This document shows, one piece after another, positions 59,656-64,000 of a stretch of 64,000 nt of DNA; the first letter of the stretch is position 1, and each line of letters opens with the position of its first letter. The notes under the pieces were generated by a model. It worked only from the letters and a program-made list of their open reading frames with translations, searched no databases and had not been told where the DNA came from. The translations under genes were made by a program, and so were the position numbers. Source of the stretch: Candidatus Saccharimonadota bacterium (GTDB taxonomy: Bacteria > Patescibacteriota > Saccharimonadia > Saccharimonadales > CAIOMD01); NCBI GenBank assembly GCA_031973215.1, contig DALYDK010000001.1, positions 150,610-214,609 on the forward strand, in the 5' to 3' direction.

Positions 59656-61485
59656 TTATTTATCTTTTTTTGCTGCTCTTTTTCGCTTATTGTGATCTAG
59701 CTCTTTTTTTCTAATACGAAGTGACTCTGGCGTAACTTCAAGTAGTTCATCTTCTTCAATAAAGTCTAATGACTGCTCTAGGCTTAATTCTAGCGCTGGT
59801 GTAAGCTGAACGGTTCCATCGCTACTTTTTGAACGCATATTAGTTAGGTGCTTTTCTTTAACGATATTTATTTCAAGATCATCACTTCTATTGTATAGGC
59901 CTACAACTTGGCCTGCGTAAACTTTTTCGCCGGGTTTAATAAATAGTACTCCTCTGTCTTCTGCTGACTGAAGCGAATATGCGGTAGCTACTCCAGATTC
60001 CCAGGCAACTAATGCGCCGTTTCTTGTTTTATTTAGCTTAACCACAGAAGGCTTATACGAATCGAATAGTGAATATACCTGAGCCGTTCCCTTAGTTCCG
60101 GTTAATATTTCGTTAGAAATACCAATAAGAGCTCTGGTTGCTATTTTATATTCAATTTGAGTTTGCCCATTACCTAGAGGTTCTTGATGTATTTGTTCGG
60201 CTCTTCTGAGCCCAAAAATTGACTGTACCGTACCTACAAAAGCATCATCTACAACCACAGTTACCTGTTCATATGGTTCGTGTTCTTGCCCATCAATTAT
60301 TTTGGTAACTACAGTTGGTCGGCCCACTTCAAATTCAAAACCCTCTCGTCTCATTGTTTCTATTAGGACGCTTAAATGTAATTCTCCTCGACCACTTATT
60401 AAAAATCCTATTCCGTGCTCTTCAACTTTAAGACCAATGTTGGTTTCTAGCTCTTGCTTTAATCTATCGGCTATTTGCCTACTTGTACTGAATTTTGCTT
60501 CAGTACCTTTAAATGGAGAAGAATTAGGTTGAAGTGATATTTTTATAGTTGGTTCTTCAATTTCAATGTATTCAATTTGCCCCGAAAAATCTTCTGAGGC
60601 AATAGTATCTCCAATTTTCGCATCAGCCAAACCTGTGACTGCAACAATATCACCAGCTACAGCTAGGTCGATTTGTCCCTTTTGCAGTCCCTGGCTTTTA
60701 AAAATCTTGTCTATTTTACTATTAGTGACAGTTCCATCTTGGTTAATTATTTTAACGATTTGGTTACTTTTAATCTGACCGTCACTAATTCTTCCAATAG
60801 CATATTTTCCTAGGAAATTATCCCACTCCAGTGCCGTAACCAACATATGGAAAGGTTTGCTGGCGTCACCGCTTGGGTGAGGAACGGAACTTAAGATTGT
60901 ATCTAATATCGGCTCCATATTGGCGTCAGATTCTATATTGTCTGGTATATTCAGCCACGCTCTGCCTTCTTTGCCTACTGCATAAATTGTCTTATAGTGT
61001 AACTGCTCTTCATTTTTTGCCAGTTCAAGAAACAAATTCGCAGTTTCGTCTTCAACTCTGGCTATGTCAGCATCTGATTTATCTATTTTATTTATCACAA
61101 CTATTGGAATAAGGTTGTTCTCTAAGGCCTTTTTTAATACAAATTTAGTCTGAGGCATTGGGCCCTCTTTGGCATCTACAATAAGCAAACAGCCGTCTGC
61201 CATATTTATAGTTCGCTCTACTTCGCCACTAAAATCAGCATGACCCGGCGTGTCTACAATATTAATTCTATAATCACCATAGTTAATTGCCGTTTGCTTA
61301 GCCTTTATAGTAATGCCCCTTTCTCTTTCTTGATCATTACTATCAAGAATTAGTGTCTGGGACATTTCGGCTTGGTTATCTCTAAATACTTTTGTTTGCT
61401 TAAGAAGAGCATCAACAATGGTCGTTTTCCCATGGTCGACATGCGCAATAATAGCAATGTTTCTGATGTTCTTAGTTTCTTGCAT
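59656..61485 (-). CDS. typA: translational GTPase TypA/BipA
   Basis: IRNIAIIAHVDHGKTT and DTPGHADF, EF-G-like domains and a C-terminal BipA domain. Confidence 0.9.
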   Translation of the reverse strand: MQETKNIRNIAIIAHVDHGKTTIVDALLKQTKVFRDNQAEMSQTLILDSNDQERERGITIKAKQTAINYGDYRINIVDTPGHADFSGEVERTINMADGCLLIVDAKEGPMPQTKFVLKKALENNLIPIVVINKIDKSDADIARVEDETANLFLELAKNEEQLHYKTIYAVGKEGRAWLNIPDNIESDANMEPILDTILSSVPHPSGDASKPFHMLVTALEWDNFLGKYAIGRISDGQIKSNQIVKIINQDGTVTNSKIDKIFKSQGLQKGQIDLAVAGDIVAVTGLADAKIGDTIASEDFSGQIEYIEIEEPTIKISLQPNSSPFKGTEAKFSTSRQIADRLKQELETNIGLKVEEHGIGFLISGRGELHLSVLIETMRREGFEFEVGRPTVVTKIIDGQEHEPYEQVTVVVDDAFVGTVQSIFGLRRAEQIHQEPLGNGQTQIEYKIATRALIGISNEILTGTKGTAQVYSLFDSYKPSVVKLNKTRNGALVAWESGVATAYSLQSAEDRGVLFIKPGEKVYAGQVVGLYNRSDDLEINIVKEKHLTNMRSKSSDGTVQLTPALELSLEQSLDFIEEDELLEVTPESLRIRKKELDHNKRKRAAKKDK

Positions 61486-61638
61486 AATTTGTGATTTTGG
61501 TCACATTTTTAACCAAATATAATCTAATCTGATATATTTTAACATATAATTTAAAATTTCTCATCTACAAAAAGGTTGTGCTTGATGTTAAATTACAGAT
61601 ATACTTAAACAGTAAAAAAGAGAGAAAAAAATAAATAT

Positions 61639-62850
61639 ATGAAAGTATTAATGTTAGGGTGGGAACTTCCTCCTCATAACAGCGGAGGGTTAGGAGTAGC
61701 TTGTTTTCATATGTGCAAAGCACTTTCGAAACAATCTGTTGATATTGAATTCATAGTGCCATACACAGATAAGCACTTTGATATTGATTTTATGAAAGTT
61801 AATCCTGCTATTCCCCAATCAGCCAAAGAAGTCAAAAAGAGCGGTATGGCTTACGACAGTTTTATGTATGAATATACAGATGGAACAACAGAGTCCGTAA
61901 GTCTTTTTGAACAAGTTAAAAATTATGCCGATAGAGTAGAAAAATTAGCAGTTCTAGGAGATTATGACATTATTCACGCACATGATTGGTTAACTTTTAG
62001 AGCCGCTCTAAGAGCCAAGGAAGTTACCGGAAAACCACTTGTAGTGCATGTGCACGCTACAGAATTTGATAGAGCCGGCGGAAAGACCGGCAACCCAATG
62101 GTTCACGAAATAGAATATTTAGGTCTACTACTCGCAGATAGAATATTTGCAGTTAGTCAGCTTACAAAAGATATTATTGTCAAAGAATACGGTATTCCAT
62201 CAGACAAAATAGAAGTAGTTCATAATAGCATTGATATTAATTTATATGAAAATATCGACGAAGATAATGCTTATAAATTCTTAACTAAAATGAAAAATAA
62301 CGGCTATAGGGTAGTTTCTAACATAGGCAGGTTAACAGTTCAAAAAGGTCTTTATAATCTACTCCAAGCAGCAAAAAAAGTATTAGACAAAAATCCGAAA
62401 ACAATCTTTTTAATTGTAGGATCCGGTGAGCAGTATTTGGAACTATTAGAGCTAGCTGCTGAACTAGGAATTTCGAAAAATGTTATTTTTACAGATTTTC
62501 AAAGAGGCAAAAACTTAAGAGATGCTTTTAAAATTGCAGATTTGTTTGTCATGCCTAGCGTTTCAGAGCCTTTTGGCTTGACTACTTTAGAGGCAATAGG
62601 CTACGGAACCCCTGCCCTTGTTAGCAAACAATCTGGCGTAGCGGAAGTAATGACTAATTTACTGAAAGTAGATTTTTGGGATATTGACGAAATGGCAAAC
62701 CAAATATCAGCAGTTGTAAGTTACGATACATTAAGAGACGAACTGTACAGTCAAAGTTATAAAGAATTTGCTAGACTTACCTGGGATCACGCTGCCAGCA
62801 AGATAGTAAGTCATTATCAACGACATGCTAATTTAGTGGGGGCCAGATAA
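61639..62850 (+). CDS. glycosyltransferase (GT-B; archaeal/GT4-type glycogen/alpha-glucan synthase-like)
   Basis: N-terminus MKVLMLGWELPPHNSGGLGV and C-terminus EPFGLTTLEAIGYGTPALV. Confidence 0.7.
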   Translation: MKVLMLGWELPPHNSGGLGVACFHMCKALSKQSVDIEFIVPYTDKHFDIDFMKVNPAIPQSAKEVKKSGMAYDSFMYEYTDGTTESVSLFEQVKNYADRVEKLAVLGDYDIIHAHDWLTFRAALRAKEVTGKPLVVHVHATEFDRAGGKTGNPMVHEIEYLGLLLADRIFAVSQLTKDIIVKEYGIPSDKIEVVHNSIDINLYENIDEDNAYKFLTKMKNNGYRVVSNIGRLTVQKGLYNLLQAAKKVLDKNPKTIFLIVGSGEQYLELLELAAELGISKNVIFTDFQRGKNLRDAFKIADLFVMPSVSEPFGLTTLEAIGYGTPALVSKQSGVAEVMTNLLKVDFWDIDEMANQISAVVSYDTLRDELYSQSYKEFARLTWDHAASKIVSHYQRHANLVGAR

Positions 62851-64000
62851 TGAAGCAGGCTATTTGTTTATATCTTCATGTCCACCAACCATATCGCATT
62901 AAACACTACACTGTTTTTTCTGCAGGTAATGATCACAGTTATTTCAATGACTTTACTCCTAATGCACTTACTAACAATGAATTTATTATTGATAAAGTTT
63001 CAGCTAAATCATACATTCCCACCAATGCAGTTTTATTAGAGATGCTTAATAAGTATCCAGATTTTAAAGTTAGTATTTCTATAACTGGCACAATAATCGA
63101 ACAATTCGAACAGTGGGCTCCAGAAGTGCTAGATAGCTTCAAGCAAATTGTTAGTACCGGTAGAGTTGAGATTGTTGCCGAAACCTATCATCACTCTTTA
63201 GCATTTTTCTACTCCAAATCCGAGTTTGAAGCTCAGGTTAAAATGCATAAAGAAAAGGTAGAACAAGTTTTTGGAGTCACCCCAACCGTTTTCCGAAACA
63301 CTGAACTTAGTTATAACAACGACCTTGCCTACTGGGCCGATCAAGCTGGATACAAAGGTATAATTACTGAAGGCTGGGATCCAATCCTAGGCTGGAGAAG
63401 TCCTAATTTTGTCTATAGGCCTTCTTACACAGACAATATCAGGTTGCTAATGAAGAATTACAAATTAAGCGACGATATGGCCTTTAGATTCGGCAATAAA
63501 GAATGGGAAGAGCACCCGCTAACCACAGAAAAATTTGTGAATTGGATGGGCGCCTCAATGGATAATGCGCAGGTATTTAACCTTTTTATGGATTACGAAA
63601 CTTTCGGCGAACACCAATGGGCAGACACTGGTATATTTGATTTCTTAAGAGCTTTACCCGATGCTTGGCACAATTCAAGAGAAGATAGAACCTTTATGAC
63701 ATTAACAGAAGCTATTGATTATTATGAACCAGTTGACTTTGTAGATGTACCAAATACCATTACATGGGCGGATAACGAAAGAGATCTTACTGCCTGGCTA
63801 GGCAACCCAATGCAGCATAATGCTATTTTAGCTCTTTACAGTCTAGAAGATTCAATAATTAATTCAGGCGACTGGCAATTAATTGAAGATTGGCGAAAAC
63901 TGCAAACAAGTGACCATTTTTATTACATGTGCACTAAGTGGTTTAACGACGGCGATGTCCATGCATATTTCAGCCCATATGACTCACCTTATGAAGCTTT
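62850..64000 (+). CDS. glycoside hydrolase family 57 (alpha-glucan branching/amylase-type), 3'-truncated by window end
   Basis: The N-terminus LYLHVHQPYR and the downstream conserved blocks fit GH57. Its ATG overlaps the upstream glycosyltransferase stop. Confidence 0.8.
   Translation, partial: MKQAICLYLHVHQPYRIKHYTVFSAGNDHSYFNDFTPNALTNNEFIIDKVSAKSYIPTNAVLLEMLNKYPDFKVSISITGTIIEQFEQWAPEVLDSFKQIVSTGRVEIVAETYHHSLAFFYSKSEFEAQVKMHKEKVEQVFGVTPTVFRNTELSYNNDLAYWADQAGYKGIITEGWDPILGWRSPNFVYRPSYTDNIRLLMKNYKLSDDMAFRFGNKEWEEHPLTTEKFVNWMGASMDNAQVFNLFMDYETFGEHQWADTGIFDFLRALPDAWHNSREDRTFMTLTEAIDYYEPVDFVDVPNTITWADNERDLTAWLGNPMQHNAILALYSLEDSIINSGDWQLIEDWRKLQTSDHFYYMCTKWFNDGDVHAYFSPYDSPYEA

Overview
This window is an AT-rich, densely packed stretch of bacterial chromosome with short intergenic spacers and many overlapping start/stop codons. 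ORFs end at all three stop codons and a standard tRNA-Trp(CCA) is present, so there is no evidence of UGA recoding. The gene content is mostly core housekeeping genes and resembles a reduced-genome, possibly CPR/Saccharibacteria-like organism; that placement is inference only.

Main gene content, in order:
- A partial guaB runs off the 5' edge, followed by a SulP transporter and a HIT protein.
- A complete F1Fo ATP synthase operon (atpB-E-F-H-A-G-[extra 80-aa ORF]-D-C) sits at 13.7-20.3 kb.
- alaS, pheA, cls, a DEAD-box helicase and cysS are present.
- A queuosine salvage trio (queA-tgt-yhhQ-family transporter) lies at 25.4-28.3 kb.
- A replication/recombination block (nrnA-like DHH, recR, ybaB, dnaB, dnaX) lies at 29.8-35.9 kb.
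- The conserved secE-nusG-rplK-rplA-rplJ-rplL array is on the minus strand but split. A 168-aa ORF sits between rplK and rplA. A roughly 6.2-kb insertion between rplA and rplJ carries a lipase-like hydrolase, thyX-dcd-tmk, a 448-aa hypothetical, a GC-rich nested inverted repeat, a small ORF and a GGDEF(AGDEF) protein.
- Downstream come a membrane GT2, a PAS histidine kinase with no adjacent response regulator, a YgjP-like metallopeptidase, a P-loop kinase, a PIF1 helicase, a SpoU methyltransferase and an AlkD-like repair protein.
- Three CPBP (CAAX/Abi) intramembrane proteases cluster with a small membrane protein and a LURP-one-related protein.
- tRNA-Trp(CCA) is preceded by a tRNA-like fragment that duplicates its first 24 nt.
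- The window ends with a TRIC-like channel, a PRTase-like protein, typA/bipA, a glycogen-synthase-like glycosyltransferase and a partial GH57 glucan enzyme.

I found no CRISPR array, rRNA, transposase or integrase. I cannot point to one clear-cut novel multi-gene system; the accessory-looking regions most worth a second look are the rplA-rplJ insertion, the CPBP cluster, the catalytically degenerate acetate-kinase paralog next to a G/A/V/T repeat protein, and the tRNA-Trp-linked tRNA-like element.
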